Below are positions 18,174-28,031 of a stretch of DNA of 47,816 bases, in pieces. The notes beneath the pieces were generated by a model. It saw only the letters and a list, made by a program, of their open reading frames with translations. It was not told the DNA's origin and searched no databases. Position 1 is the stretch's first letter. Each line of letters begins with the position of its first letter. The DNA lies in assembly GCA_031398925.1 (NCBI GenBank), contig JANNOF010000131.1:1-47816 (forward strand), in the 5' to 3' direction. The translations under genes were made by a program, and so were the position numbers. The DNA comes from Gloeobacteraceae cyanobacterium SOY_34_metabat_371. GTDB taxonomy: Bacteria; Cyanobacteriota; Cyanobacteriia; Gloeobacterales; Anthocerotibacteraceae.

Positions 18174-18648
18174 AGTATCTTTAGCCCTACTTCCCCCGTA
18201 CACGATCACCTGTTCACGGAGTTGGCAGGGGGGGCTATTACTCAAGTTTTTCCAAGCTGCCTATAGAGAATTAAGCCCGGATCAGGACTTAGCTCATCTG
18301 GCCCAAACCGTAACCCTTTTTTATCAACCGGACCGCTCACCGGTATGGTTTCTCACCCATGCGAGCGAGACAGTGGGCTGTCTTTGGTGCGGACCTGGTG
18401 TGGATCAAACCAACGGGGCACGGACAGCGTATATTTTTTTAGTGTATATTCACCCCGATCACCGCCGTCTGGGGTTAGCGACCTATCTGTTGCATACGGC
18501 CTTTCGGTGGGCTAAGGCCCAAGGTCTAACCGAGATCCAACTCCAAGTTTTAATCGAAAGTGAAATAGCCCAGGTGCTTTATCGCAACCTGGGCTTTAAG
18601 ACACGGGCCTATGTACTGAGTCGGTCTTTAGGGAGTGATGGCAGCTAA
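18148..18648 (+). CDS. GNAT-family N-acetyltransferase
   Basis: Motif A region VYIHPDHRRLGLATYLLHTAFRWAKAQG, then a C-terminal YRNLGF. The start is uncertain (TTG 18148 or GTG 18166). Confidence 0.75.
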   Translation: MIAYCLVSEVSLALLPPYTITCSRSWQGGLLLKFFQAAYRELSPDQDLAHLAQTVTLFYQPDRSPVWFLTHASETVGCLWCGPGVDQTNGARTAYIFLVYIHPDHRRLGLATYLLHTAFRWAKAQGLTEIQLQVLIESEIAQVLYRNLGFKTRAYVLSRSLGSDGS

Positions 18649-20226
18649 TTTAGAAACCCCATTAAAGACCTGAAACTTAGCCAGTTGGAAGGCTTGGGCG
18701 GTCTGCGCAGTCACGGTGCCAACCGCCTCATAGGAAACGGTTACGGCTTCTTCACGCACAATCATCTTAGTAAAGACATGGTACGTAAGATCCAAGTACT
18801 TCATGCTGGGATTAGCACCCAAGATCAAGGTTTGACCCAATTCTGTCAGGTCCAATCCCCCTGTGAGTTCGGCAATTCCAGAGGAAGTTACCGAGCCACC
18901 GACGACCTCCACAGCCACGGAGTCGCTGGTCTCATCTAAAAAGTCGGGGCGCAGTTCTCCGGCGTAGCAATTGTGAATATCTCCCGTGCAGACCACTACG
19001 TTTTTGATCCCTTCGTCTTTGATGAATTGCAAGATCCCTTTGCGCTCTTCGGGGTAACCATCCCAGGCATCCAAGTTAATATAAACACCCGGATCCACCG
19101 CTAGGGGGTTTTTAAAGATCTTTTGGGGCAGATCCTTACCGGCTCCCGATCCAAAGCCCAAGATGGTAAAGCGCTGCCACATAACCTCACTCATCAACAT
19201 TTTCCACCGCCGCGTAGGGCTGGATTGCAGCGCATCTTTTAACCAAGCCGCTTGGGTAGTGCCCAACATCGTCCGGTTAGGATCATCCAAACCTTCGCAA
19301 CCCGTGGTAAAAAAGCTGGTGTCACAGATTAAGGGATCACGGTACTGACGTTCATCGGTCAAAATGAGATCCATCAATAACCCAAAGGGTACTTTGCGGT
19401 ACATCCGCAGTTCATTGGGGTCCGTGGTGCTCTGGGGCGCCATAGGCATGTATTCCATAAATGCCTGGTACCCATCTTGACGCCGACCTGGGGCTACGGT
19501 GTCTACGGTCGTGCCTGCATAGTCATTAAACACTTCGTGGTCATCCCACATGATGAACCAAGGAAACAGGCGGCGGACTTCCCGCATATTGGGATCAGTT
19601 AGATAGAGTTTATATTTTTGGCGGTACTCATCTAAGACCTTAGCTTCGCCATCGCCAATGGTATCTTCGCGGACCGCACCTTGGAAGGCAGCACTTCCGG
19701 TTTCATAAATGTTATCGCCCAGATGGACACAAAAATCTATGTCATCTTGGGTGGCCATGTTGGCATAAACCGTATAGTACCCGGCGGTAAAGTCTTGACA
19801 GGAAACATAGGCGAAGCGGACTTCTTCAATACGCTGACCATAATTAGGGATCGTTTTAGTCCTACCCGTCACACTGGTGTAGCCCGTAGTGGTGGTAAAG
19901 CCATAGTAATAGCGGGTAAAGGGTTCTAGTCCAGACACCCGGAGCTTGACGGTCCAGTCACGGGTAGCACTGGTGGTAAAGGTTCCGGTGGCTACAGGCT
20001 GCGATAGATCGGCATTGCGGGAGACTTTGTAGGAAACCACAACACTGGTACCGCTTTGGGCAAACTCAGGCACCCTGGTCCAAATAACCACGCTGTAGGG
20101 GCGGGGGTCACCGGAGGCTACCCCCACATCTCCTTCAAGCTGTGCTTGAGCACTGGGGGCCAAAGTGAGTAACATAGGAGCGGCAACGGAAGCTTTTAAA
20201 AGACTGCGACGATTGGGCATGATCAT
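18628..20226 (-). CDS. phoD: PhoD-family alkaline phosphatase / phosphodiesterase with Tat signal
   Basis: Twin-arginine signal NRRSLLKASVAAPMLLTLAPSAQA. Metallophosphatase motifs VHLGDNIYE and WDDHEVFND. Candidate starts are GTG 20232, ATG 20226 and ATG 20220. Confidence 0.85.
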   Translation of the reverse strand: MIMPNRRSLLKASVAAPMLLTLAPSAQAQLEGDVGVASGDPRPYSVVIWTRVPEFAQSGTSVVVSYKVSRNADLSQPVATGTFTTSATRDWTVKLRVSGLEPFTRYYYGFTTTTGYTSVTGRTKTIPNYGQRIEEVRFAYVSCQDFTAGYYTVYANMATQDDIDFCVHLGDNIYETGSAAFQGAVREDTIGDGEAKVLDEYRQKYKLYLTDPNMREVRRLFPWFIMWDDHEVFNDYAGTTVDTVAPGRRQDGYQAFMEYMPMAPQSTTDPNELRMYRKVPFGLLMDLILTDERQYRDPLICDTSFFTTGCEGLDDPNRTMLGTTQAAWLKDALQSSPTRRWKMLMSEVMWQRFTILGFGSGAGKDLPQKIFKNPLAVDPGVYINLDAWDGYPEERKGILQFIKDEGIKNVVVCTGDIHNCYAGELRPDFLDETSDSVAVEVVGGSVTSSGIAELTGGLDLTELGQTLILGANPSMKYLDLTYHVFTKMIVREEAVTVSYEAVGTVTAQTAQAFQLAKFQVFNGVSKLAAITP

Positions 20227-20261
20227 TCTCACGGGGTGCCAAAATTCAGGCTACGCCCAAG

Positions 20262-20280
20262 CCATTAAGGTTAGGTTAAC
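20262..20280 (-). promoter_or_regulatory. Candidate Pho box (two TTAA-core repeats with 11-bp periodicity) upstream of phoD
   Basis: The - strand reads GTTAACCT-AAC-CTTAATGG, about 42-60 nt upstream of the phoD ATG. This resembles the cyanobacterial SphR/PhoB box consensus PyTTAAPyPy(T/A) repeated every 11 bp. Only two repeats are present and the second is imperfect. Confidence 0.4.
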
Positions 20281-20328
20281 ACCAGCCCCGCAGTCCCTAA
20301 TAATAGGATCATCACCAAAGGATCAGTC

Positions 20329-20613
20329 ATGCATTTGGAGCGACTTTTCTGCCTGGGGCTTGTGCTTGGCTCCCTAACCGTTGCCGTACGGGCTGATCCC
20401 GAAGTGACCGAAGAAGTAGCCCGTTTGGAACGCTTCAGTTATGCACGTTCTCCGGTAGATAATCGGGTGCTCACCCCAGGGGAACTAGTCCTAGAACGCG
20501 AATACCTCCAAACAGCACCCCCTAGCGAACCTAGCCCCCAATTAAAAGAACTCATTACCCTGCTCAGGCTCCGTAAGCTCCTGAAGTCAGTGATCCCGAT
20601 TGTGCCGATCTAA
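20329..20613 (+). CDS. Hypothetical small secreted protein
   Basis: 94-aa ORF with signal-like LFCLGLVLGSLTVAVRA. Convergent 4-nt overlap with the dnaE stop. No family recognised. Confidence 0.4.
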   Translation: MHLERLFCLGLVLGSLTVAVRADPEVTEEVARLERFSYARSPVDNRVLTPGELVLEREYLQTAPPSEPSPQLKELITLLRLRKLLKSVIPIVPI

Positions 20614-23600
20614 GACACAAGGGCTTTGATCTCAGCATGAAAGCCTTGGGAACGGAGACTTTGCACCGTAGCTTGGGGGTCTTTGACCCGAAATTGCGGG
20701 CCAAAACGCACCAGGCATTGACGATGAAGATGATTAATCCGGGCCACTACCGGAGCTTTACCCTGGTCTTCGGCGGTATTGAGGGCTAACTTCAGGCGTT
20801 GTTGGATCTGAATATCCTGGGCCTGATCTAAGGGCAGATCAACCACGACAATATGGACTTCTTCAACGGGTTCAGCATCCATGAGGATCAGTTGCGTCCG
20901 GTCATCCCGGCGGTCTACGCGGCCCCACAGCACCAATCTACGGTCTAGGGCTAAATGATGCTGCACCCGTTCAAAGACTTTAGGGAACACCACCACCTCC
21001 GCCGATCCTGTCCAGTCTTCTACGGTTAAGATTGCCATCCGGTCCCCTTTTTTAGTGACCGTTTGCTTCATTTCTAAAACCAGTACGATCATGCTGATAC
21101 TTTGTTCTTCTGCAACCTCGCCTAACTGGGCCAGCAGCACGGGGGCCAGATACTGGGAAGGTTCCTTCAGCGCATTAAGGGGATGATCGGAAATATAAAA
21201 ACCCAATAGTTCTTTTTCGTACTTAAGTTTTTCTTGGGGCGGAAAATCTTCGACCAAAACACTGAGCTGGGGAGCAGCACTGCTGACGGCCAGCATATCA
21301 AAGAGGCTGCCTTGACCTACGGCTTGGTCTTTGGCCCGTTGGGAAGCCCAATCGATCACCCCATCGAGATCCTGCAACAACTGTTTACGATTACTGTGGA
21401 GCTGATCGAGGGCCCCGCACTTAATTAATGCTTCTAGGGCCCGTTTATTTACCCCACTGAGGCGACTACATAGATCAGATAGGTCGTTAAACGATCCCGC
21501 TTCCCGGCGGACTTTAAGGATCTCTTCGATGACCCCTTCGCCGACGTTTTTAACTGCTCCCAAACCAAATAGGATGGCGCCCTTAACGGGGGTAAAATCA
21601 TTTTCCGAACGATTAATATCCGGCGGTTGAATGGGAATATTGAGGGTTGAACAATCGGCTAAATAACGCTGGACTTTATCTTGATCACCTTTGATCGAAC
21701 TCAATAACGCCGCTAGATACTCCACCGGATAGTGGGCCTTAAGATAGGCCGTCTGGTAAGTAATATAGCCGTAGGCCATGGAGTGGGATTTATTAAAGCA
21801 ATATTCGGCAAAAACCACCATTTGTTCAAACAGATCACGGGCAACTTCTTGGGCAACACCATTTTTAGCGGCACCGTCAATAAAAGTCTCGCGATGTTTT
21901 TCCATTTCTGAGAGTTTCTTTTTACCCATGGCGCGACGCAATAGATCCGCTTGCCCTAGGGAATAGCCCCCTAGATCTTGGGCAATGCGCATGATCTGTT
22001 CTTGATAAAGGATCGTGCCGTAGGTATCTTTTAGGATCGGTTGGAGTTCAGGACAGGCATATTGAATTTGGCGGGGATCATGTTTACGGGAAATGAAAAT
22101 CGGGATCATACCGGAATCTAAAGGCCCAGGGCGATAGAGGGCTAAAATGGCGCACACGTCATCAATACAGGAAGGCTTCAGGTCTTTAACAATCTGCTTC
22201 ATCCCAGAGGATTCCAATTGAAAGATCCCCGCCAGTTCCCCGGCACTCAACAGTTTATAGGTTTCGGGATCATCAATGGGAATGGTATCAATATCAATGC
22301 GTTGGCTATTGGTTTTAGCAATCCAATCAATGGCTTGCTCGATCAAAGTCAGGTTTCTAAGACCCAAAAAGTCCATTTTCAATAGACCTAGATCCGCAAT
22401 ATCTTCCATGTAGTACTGGGTGATCACTTGACCTTCTTTATTCCGTTGCAGGGGAACAATTTGATCAAGACAATCCCGTGAGATCACCACGCCAGCCGCA
22501 TGGACCCCATAGTTTTTGTTGACATTTTCTAGACGCAGGGCCATATCTAGCCAAGCGGTTACTTTGGGATCATTCAGGTAGGCTTGTTTAAATTCTGGTG
22601 CGGGCGTGTCATCGCCAATCATCACTTTGAGTTTGGCGGGTTTACCCCGTGATACCGGGATCATTTTAGCCATCTTATCCGCATCCCCGTAGGGAATATC
22701 CATTACCCGCGCCACATCCTTGAGTACCGCTTTAGACGTAAGACGATTAAACGTAATGATCTGGGCGACGTGACTGGTACCGTATTTCTGGGTCACATAC
22801 TCAATCAGTTCTTCACGGCGTTCGATGCAAAAATCCGTATCTATATCGGGCATTGATTTACGTTCAGGATTTAAAAATCGTTCAAAAAGCAGATCATATT
22901 TCACCGGATCAATATTGGTAATCCGTAGGGCATAGGCAACTAAAGATCCTGCGGCGGAGCCACGCCCAGGGCCGACGGGAATTTTTCGCTCTCGGGCAAA
23001 ACGAATATAATCCCAAACCACTAGAAAATAATTGGAAAAGCCCATTTTTTCAATGGTTTCAATCTCAAAGCGTAAGCGCTTGCGGTAAGGGTCCTGGTCT
23101 TCGTCCATAATCCCGCGCTCGAAAAAGCGTTCTTTTATCCCCTGATAAATGCAGTGCTCTAGAAAACTATCCGCAGTATATCCCTGGGGCACCGGATAGT
23201 TGGGCATCCGCGCTTCGCCAAAGAGTTTTTGATCGTAGGGTTCGATTTTAGCGCACACTTCTAAAGTTGTCTTAATCGCCGTGTTAACGGTTTCTTGATC
23301 GAGGTGATCGCGATATAGTTTCGCCATTTGATCCGCAGATTTAAGATATTCTGTGCCTGTGTAGCGCAATCGTTTTTCTTCGGTAATTAATTTACCTGTT
23401 TGAATACACAGTAAGGCATCGTGGGCACTGACATCCTCTGCACAGGTAAAGTGGGAATCATTGGTCGCAATGATCTTAATGCCTAATTCTTTACTGAGCC
23501 GGGTCAAGGCAACATTAACGATCCGGTCTTCTCGACTGCCATGATCTTGAATTTCTAAATAAAAGTCATCGCCAAAATGCTCTTGGTACCAGACCGCAAT

Positions 23601-24077
23601 TTCGCGGGCTTTATCCATGCGACCCTGCAACAGGGCTTGGGGAATCTCGCCCCCTAAACAGGCTGAGGTGACAATTAAGCCTTCTCGATACTGTTCTAAA
23701 AGGGGCTTATAAATACAGGGCCGCCGAAAGATTCCCTTACCGACTTCCCCTTCTAGGTGAGAAATTGTGACTAATTTCACTAAATTTTGATAGCCTTGAA
23801 AATTTTTGGCCAGGATCACCTGATGGTATTTGTGGATTCTACCGGCTTGCACCTTAGGATCGGCATTGACGATATAGCCTTCGACCCCAACGATGGGCTT
23901 GATCCCCGCCTTCAGACAGAGTTTGATCAGCTCTACCGCTCCATACATCACCCCGTGATCCGTCAGGGCAATCCCTGGCATCCCCAGTTGGCGGGCCTGT
24001 TCCACCAATTGCGGGAGCTGGCTCGCGCCATCTAACAGCGAGTATTCACTATGAACGTGTAAACCGACAAAGCTCAT
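20610..24077 (-). CDS. dnaE: DNA polymerase III alpha subunit (contiguous, no intein)
   Basis: 1155-aa ORF. N-terminal PHP domain FVGLHVHSEYSLLDGA, polymerase core (PDIDTDF, GLLKMDFLGLRNLT), HhH region and C-terminal OB fold. Confidence 0.95.
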   Translation of the reverse strand: MSFVGLHVHSEYSLLDGASQLPQLVEQARQLGMPGIALTDHGVMYGAVELIKLCLKAGIKPIVGVEGYIVNADPKVQAGRIHKYHQVILAKNFQGYQNLVKLVTISHLEGEVGKGIFRRPCIYKPLLEQYREGLIVTSACLGGEIPQALLQGRMDKAREIAVWYQEHFGDDFYLEIQDHGSREDRIVNVALTRLSKELGIKIIATNDSHFTCAEDVSAHDALLCIQTGKLITEEKRLRYTGTEYLKSADQMAKLYRDHLDQETVNTAIKTTLEVCAKIEPYDQKLFGEARMPNYPVPQGYTADSFLEHCIYQGIKERFFERGIMDEDQDPYRKRLRFEIETIEKMGFSNYFLVVWDYIRFARERKIPVGPGRGSAAGSLVAYALRITNIDPVKYDLLFERFLNPERKSMPDIDTDFCIERREELIEYVTQKYGTSHVAQIITFNRLTSKAVLKDVARVMDIPYGDADKMAKMIPVSRGKPAKLKVMIGDDTPAPEFKQAYLNDPKVTAWLDMALRLENVNKNYGVHAAGVVISRDCLDQIVPLQRNKEGQVITQYYMEDIADLGLLKMDFLGLRNLTLIEQAIDWIAKTNSQRIDIDTIPIDDPETYKLLSAGELAGIFQLESSGMKQIVKDLKPSCIDDVCAILALYRPGPLDSGMIPIFISRKHDPRQIQYACPELQPILKDTYGTILYQEQIMRIAQDLGGYSLGQADLLRRAMGKKKLSEMEKHRETFIDGAAKNGVAQEVARDLFEQMVVFAEYCFNKSHSMAYGYITYQTAYLKAHYPVEYLAALLSSIKGDQDKVQRYLADCSTLNIPIQPPDINRSENDFTPVKGAILFGLGAVKNVGEGVIEEILKVRREAGSFNDLSDLCSRLSGVNKRALEALIKCGALDQLHSNRKQLLQDLDGVIDWASQRAKDQAVGQGSLFDMLAVSSAAPQLSVLVEDFPPQEKLKYEKELLGFYISDHPLNALKEPSQYLAPVLLAQLGEVAEEQSISMIVLVLEMKQTVTKKGDRMAILTVEDWTGSAEVVVFPKVFERVQHHLALDRRLVLWGRVDRRDDRTQLILMDAEPVEEVHIVVVDLPLDQAQDIQIQQRLKLALNTAEDQGKAPVVARINHLHRQCLVRFGPQFRVKDPQATVQSLRSQGFHAEIKALVS

Positions 24078-24193
24078 GATCTGATCCCCTGGGCTGGATC
24101 AACTATACCCCCCCTTAAAAGGCCGATTTCACAGCGATCATCCAGGGCAAGGTTGCTTTACCATGGGGCTAGTAGCCTGCTGGGAACCCTGCC

Positions 24194-25375
24194 ATGTCCA
24201 TTATTGAAACCCGTGCTGACCGTATGGTCCTCAGTTTGGGGCCGCATCATCCTTCGATGCACGGGGTCCTGCGGCTGATCGTTACCCTCAACGGCGAAAA
24301 CGTCGAGGACTGTGAACCCGTCTTGGGTTATTTACACCGGGGTATGGAAAAAATTGCTGAAAATCGCACCATTGTGCAGTATTTGCCCTACGTTACCCGT
24401 TGGGATTACGCCGCGACCATGTTCACCGAGGCCATTACCTGCATGGCCCCGGAGCAATTGGCGGATGTGGCGGTTCCGCGTCGCGCTCGGTATATCCGCG
24501 TGATCATGATGGAACTTTCACGCATTGCCTCCCATTTGCTTTGGCTTGGCCCTTTTATGATCGATTTGGGGGCTAACTCGCCCTTCTTTTATATTTTCCG
24601 GGAACGTGAACTTATTTATGATCTTTTTGAGGCCGCGACCGGCATGCGGATGATGCATAACTATTTTCGCATTGGCGGTGTCGCAGCCGATCTACCCTAC
24701 GGTTGGGTTGATAAATGCCGTGACTTTTGTGAATATTTTCCGCCCAAAGTTGATGAATACGAACGCATCATCACCAATAATCCGATCTTTCGCAAACGGG
24801 TTGAGGGTCTGGGTATTATCTCCAGCGAAGAAGCCATTAATTGGGGTTTATCGGGTCCTATGCTCCGGGGATCGGGGATCAATTGGGATCTGCGGCGTGT
24901 AGATAGTTACGAGATCTACGATGAAGTGGATTTTGAAGTTGCCTACGAAACCGCCGGTGATGTTATGGCCCGCTATGTGATCCGCATGAAGGAAATGCGC
25001 GAATCCACCAAAATCATTTTGCAATGTTTAGATCAACTGCCCGGTGGCCCCTACGAAAGTTTAGAAGCCAAGCGCATTAGCGAAGGCCCTAAAAGTTCTT
25101 GGAATAGCTTTGACTATCAGTTTATTGGCAAAAAATCCGCCCCTAACTTCAAGATCCCCCAAGGAGAACACTACGTTCGGGTTGAAGCCCCCAAGGGTGA
25201 GTTAGGGGTCTACCTGATCGGTGATGGCACCCAGATGCCCTGGCGCTTCAAGATCCGGCCCCCTGGGTTTGTCAATCTGGGGCCGCTTTCCCAAAGTCTC
25301 CAAGGCTGCAAGATCGCGGATCTAATGGCGATTTTAGGGTCAGTAGATATCATCATGGGCGAAGTGGATCGCTAG
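24194..25375 (+). CDS. ndhH: NAD(P)H-quinone oxidoreductase (NDH-1) subunit H
   Basis: 393-aa [45 protein letters not shown] and the C-terminal [14 protein letters not shown] are canonical NdhH/NuoD motifs. Confidence 0.95.
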   Translation: MSIIETRADRMVLSLGPHHPSMHGVLRLIVTLNGENVEDCEPVLGYLHRGMEKIAENRTIVQYLPYVTRWDYAATMFTEAITCMAPEQLADVAVPRRARYIRVIMMELSRIASHLLWLGPFMIDLGANSPFFYIFRERELIYDLFEAATGMRMMHNYFRIGGVAADLPYGWVDKCRDFCEYFPPKVDEYERIITNNPIFRKRVEGLGIISSEEAINWGLSGPMLRGSGINWDLRRVDSYEIYDEVDFEVAYETAGDVMARYVIRMKEMRESTKIILQCLDQLPGGPYESLEAKRISEGPKSSWNSFDYQFIGKKSAPNFKIPQGEHYVRVEAPKGELGVYLIGDGTQMPWRFKIRPPGFVNLGPLSQSLQGCKIADLMAILGSVDIIMGEVDR

Positions 25376-25444
25376 GGTCTGCCGTCGGATCGGGGAATAG
25401 CAATAAGGGGCTTAAAATAAAGGGAAACTCTGGTAAGGCTTACC

Positions 25445-26821
25445 GTGTTACGGCAACTGACACCGGCTACCACCTTGATCGAGATCTACAAAACTCTTTC
25501 GACCGAGCCACTTGAGCAACCGGAGGAGTTAAAAGCATTTTATCGTTCAGAGCTAAATCAGGCGCGGGGAAAGGATATTGTTGCACGTATGCAACGGTTG
25601 CTAGCAAATGCATACCAATCCGTGCCCTATCGCACTTTCCTGATGGGACATCTCGGGGTAGGTAAGTCTACGGAAATGAGTCGGCTAATTCAACAGATCC
25701 AAGGGCAGTTTGAAGTGATCCGGCTAAGTGCCAAAGAACTTGACCCAGTAGGATTTAAGGTTTTTGATGTGTTGATCTTGATGATTATGGAAATCACTGA
25801 ACGTACCATCAAGATCCCTGGTGTAAATAGCCCATCTTTTAATAGACAGTTAGAAGAATTCCAGCGTTGGTTTGATGTAGAAAAGCGTTTGTTTACCGAA
25901 GCAACGGATGTAGCAGGGAGTGTGGTTGCTGGTGCAGGAATGACTGGAGAAAACCCAATCGCTAAGATATTCGGCTTCTTTGGGCAGTTGCGCGGTGAAA
26001 TCAAATACGCTACGACCCGTAAGCGTGAAGTGGTCGAGTATCGCTTGAGCCGTATTCCAGAACTAGTGAGTTTAGCAAACAAGATTCTAATCGAATGCAA
26101 TCAACTACTCGGTGAAGTAAATAACAAAGAATGGATCTTTATTTGGGAGGATTTTGATAAACGGATCGCGCCTGAACGGATCGAAGAACTCTTTATTACT
26201 AATGGTAGTGTGTTTGCTGATTTGAATGTCCATGCTATTTTTAATTTACCCATTGGCTTGGGCTATTCAGGACGTGCTAAGCAATTACCATTTGACTGTG
26301 TGGCGGTTCCTGACACACCAATTTTTACCGCTGATCATCAACTAAATGAAGATGGTCTTCTGGCACTACGGGCTATTGTCAAGACTAGGGTCCAATTAAA
26401 TCTATTTGCATCTGACCAACTCGATAGACTGATCATTGCTTCTGGGGGCAATATCCGCGATCTTTTTTCGATGATTATCTTTGCCGCGACTTCTGCTGCA
26501 GAGTGTATTTCAGAGCCAGATGTAACCCAGGCTATTAATGATCTACGTTTACAGTACCGTAACCGTTTAGGAACAAGCGAATATGATAAAGATAAAATTG
26601 AATATTCAGAGAAAGCTAAGCGACTGATCGCGATTTATAACCGAGAGCCTGAGTCCGATATTCCTAGTCCGGTATTGTATGTCTTACTGCGTTCACGGGC
26701 GGTCTTAGAATTTAACGGTAGGGGTTGGTTTGGAGTACATCCGTTGGTAGTAGATATCCTTGCCGATCAGGGGCGGATCGAACCGGATGCTACAGGGAAG
26801 GTGCCCGGTGGTTCTAACTAG
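25445..26821 (+). CDS. STAND/ORC-Cdc6-like P-loop NTPase (NBD, helical, winged-helix-like), function unknown
   Basis: 458-aa ORF with a GTG start. Walker A GHLGVGKST, Walker-B-like WIFIWEDFD, GGNIRD sensor-like motif, and a C-terminal wH-like segment (LYVLLRSRAVLEFNGRGWFGVHPLV). GC is markedly lower than the flanks (sampled lines 32-35%). Confidence 0.7.
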   Translation: MLRQLTPATTLIEIYKTLSTEPLEQPEELKAFYRSELNQARGKDIVARMQRLLANAYQSVPYRTFLMGHLGVGKSTEMSRLIQQIQGQFEVIRLSAKELDPVGFKVFDVLILMIMEITERTIKIPGVNSPSFNRQLEEFQRWFDVEKRLFTEATDVAGSVVAGAGMTGENPIAKIFGFFGQLRGEIKYATTRKREVVEYRLSRIPELVSLANKILIECNQLLGEVNNKEWIFIWEDFDKRIAPERIEELFITNGSVFADLNVHAIFNLPIGLGYSGRAKQLPFDCVAVPDTPIFTADHQLNEDGLLALRAIVKTRVQLNLFASDQLDRLIIASGGNIRDLFSMIIFAATSAAECISEPDVTQAINDLRLQYRNRLGTSEYDKDKIEYSEKAKRLIAIYNREPESDIPSPVLYVLLRSRAVLEFNGRGWFGVHPLVVDILADQGRIEPDATGKVPGGSN

Positions 26822-27989
26822 CCCTACGCCGGGATCAACCGCAGATATCCAACAACGTTTGGTGAAGTGGTGTCTGGGTACGGAACGAGGTTTAGCGCGG
26901 GTTGAGTATTTTGCAGACTCCTACCGTCAAGCGGTTATTGCTCATTTAAAAACTCAGCTCTCGGATCAAAATATTCCTTTTTATCAAATTAAACTACCTG
27001 ATCATACTGAGGCTGCCCAAGTCTTATATTTTTTGCGCGAACAATTGGAGCACTATACTTCTGGCGTAGTCTCGATTGTAGGATTTCATACTGCCTTTAC
27101 ACCAGAAGATCAGCAAGAGGGATTAAGCGGGCTGAACTTTAATCGTGAACTGTGGGCGAATTTTCCACTACGGCAAATCTGGTGGTTTACACCAGGGTTT
27201 AGTCACCTGAGCCAAGAGGAGATGCCAGATCTCAATTCGTGGTTTATTCTGCGGCTTCGGCTTTTAGAGAGTCTACCGCAAGCTTTTATTCCAGCAGAAG
27301 AGATTCAATTAACAAGTCTATCTACTTCTAAAGCTACCGATACAAAACGCCGTACGGATTATCTTTTGATGCGATTTAACCAAGCTAAGCAAAAGAATGC
27401 TGATCCATTGAGCACGCTAAAGCTCTTTGGTCTCCCTGCACTCCAAGGACTTTTGAATAGTGGAGACTATACAGAAGGACGACGATTTAACCAACAACTT
27501 GAATCACAACTTAATGCTGTACTTACCGCAAAAGAAACATCATTATTGATAATTTGGGCCGAGATCTATAAGCAGTTCAGTGAATTTGAAAAAGCTAAAG
27601 GATTGTATCAACATTTAATTCAGATCTTTGATGAATTTATACAGATAGATTCTGATGATGTCGATGCCCACTACAACAAAGGGAATGTGCTACGGAGTTT
27701 AGGAGACTTACAGACAGATCTAGAGCAAATCAGTGAAGCCTTAGCAAGCTATCAAGCCGCGATTAATTCCTTTGATCGGGCATTACAGTTAGCTCCTGAC
27801 CATCTAGTAATCCTCAGGAATCAAGGTAAGACCTGTGAGCGATTAGGATCATTACTAGAGAAGAACGGAGATCAAGCTATTGCTCAGTATCAATTGGCTA
27901 TTGCTGCTTACAATCATCTGTTGGAATTGGTACCGAGTGATCAAACGATCCGTCAGCGGCGTGATGGGTTGGCGATTCTTATCCACTGA
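26808..27989 (+). CDS. TPR-repeat protein with an N-terminal alpha/beta domain lacking a Walker A
   Basis: The ORF overlaps the upstream NTPase 3' end. An in-frame GTG at 26808 is preceded by GGAAGG (alternatives ATG 26787, TTG 26760). The C-terminal third has TPR-like units (AHYNKGNVLRSLGDL...ALASYQAAINSFDRALQLAPDH; NQGKTCERLG...AIAQYQLAIAAYNHLLELVPSD). Low GC (a sampled line is 33%). Confidence 0.65.
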   Translation: MVLTSPTPGSTADIQQRLVKWCLGTERGLARVEYFADSYRQAVIAHLKTQLSDQNIPFYQIKLPDHTEAAQVLYFLREQLEHYTSGVVSIVGFHTAFTPEDQQEGLSGLNFNRELWANFPLRQIWWFTPGFSHLSQEEMPDLNSWFILRLRLLESLPQAFIPAEEIQLTSLSTSKATDTKRRTDYLLMRFNQAKQKNADPLSTLKLFGLPALQGLLNSGDYTEGRRFNQQLESQLNAVLTAKETSLLIIWAEIYKQFSEFEKAKGLYQHLIQIFDEFIQIDSDDVDAHYNKGNVLRSLGDLQTDLEQISEALASYQAAINSFDRALQLAPDHLVILRNQGKTCERLGSLLEKNGDQAIAQYQLAIAAYNHLLELVPSDQTIRQRRDGLAILIH

Positions 27990-28031
27990 TCCCAAGAAGA
28001 TGCTCAGTACTGCTTAGCGACGTAACTTGCA

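Noticed and set aside
20610-24077. Possible split or intein-containing dnaE, as in Synechocystis and Nostoc
   Set aside because: It is a single uninterrupted 1155-aa ORF of normal length. There is no Cys/Ser-initiated insertion or HNH/LAGLIDADG-like block, so no intein is present.
26760-26807. Earlier starts (TTG 26760, ATG 26787) for the TPR gene, giving a 35-62-nt overlap with the NTPase gene
   Set aside because: GTG 26808 has a GGAAGG Shine-Dalgarno-like element at the right distance and gives a shorter overlap. The earlier starts cannot be excluded without experimental data.
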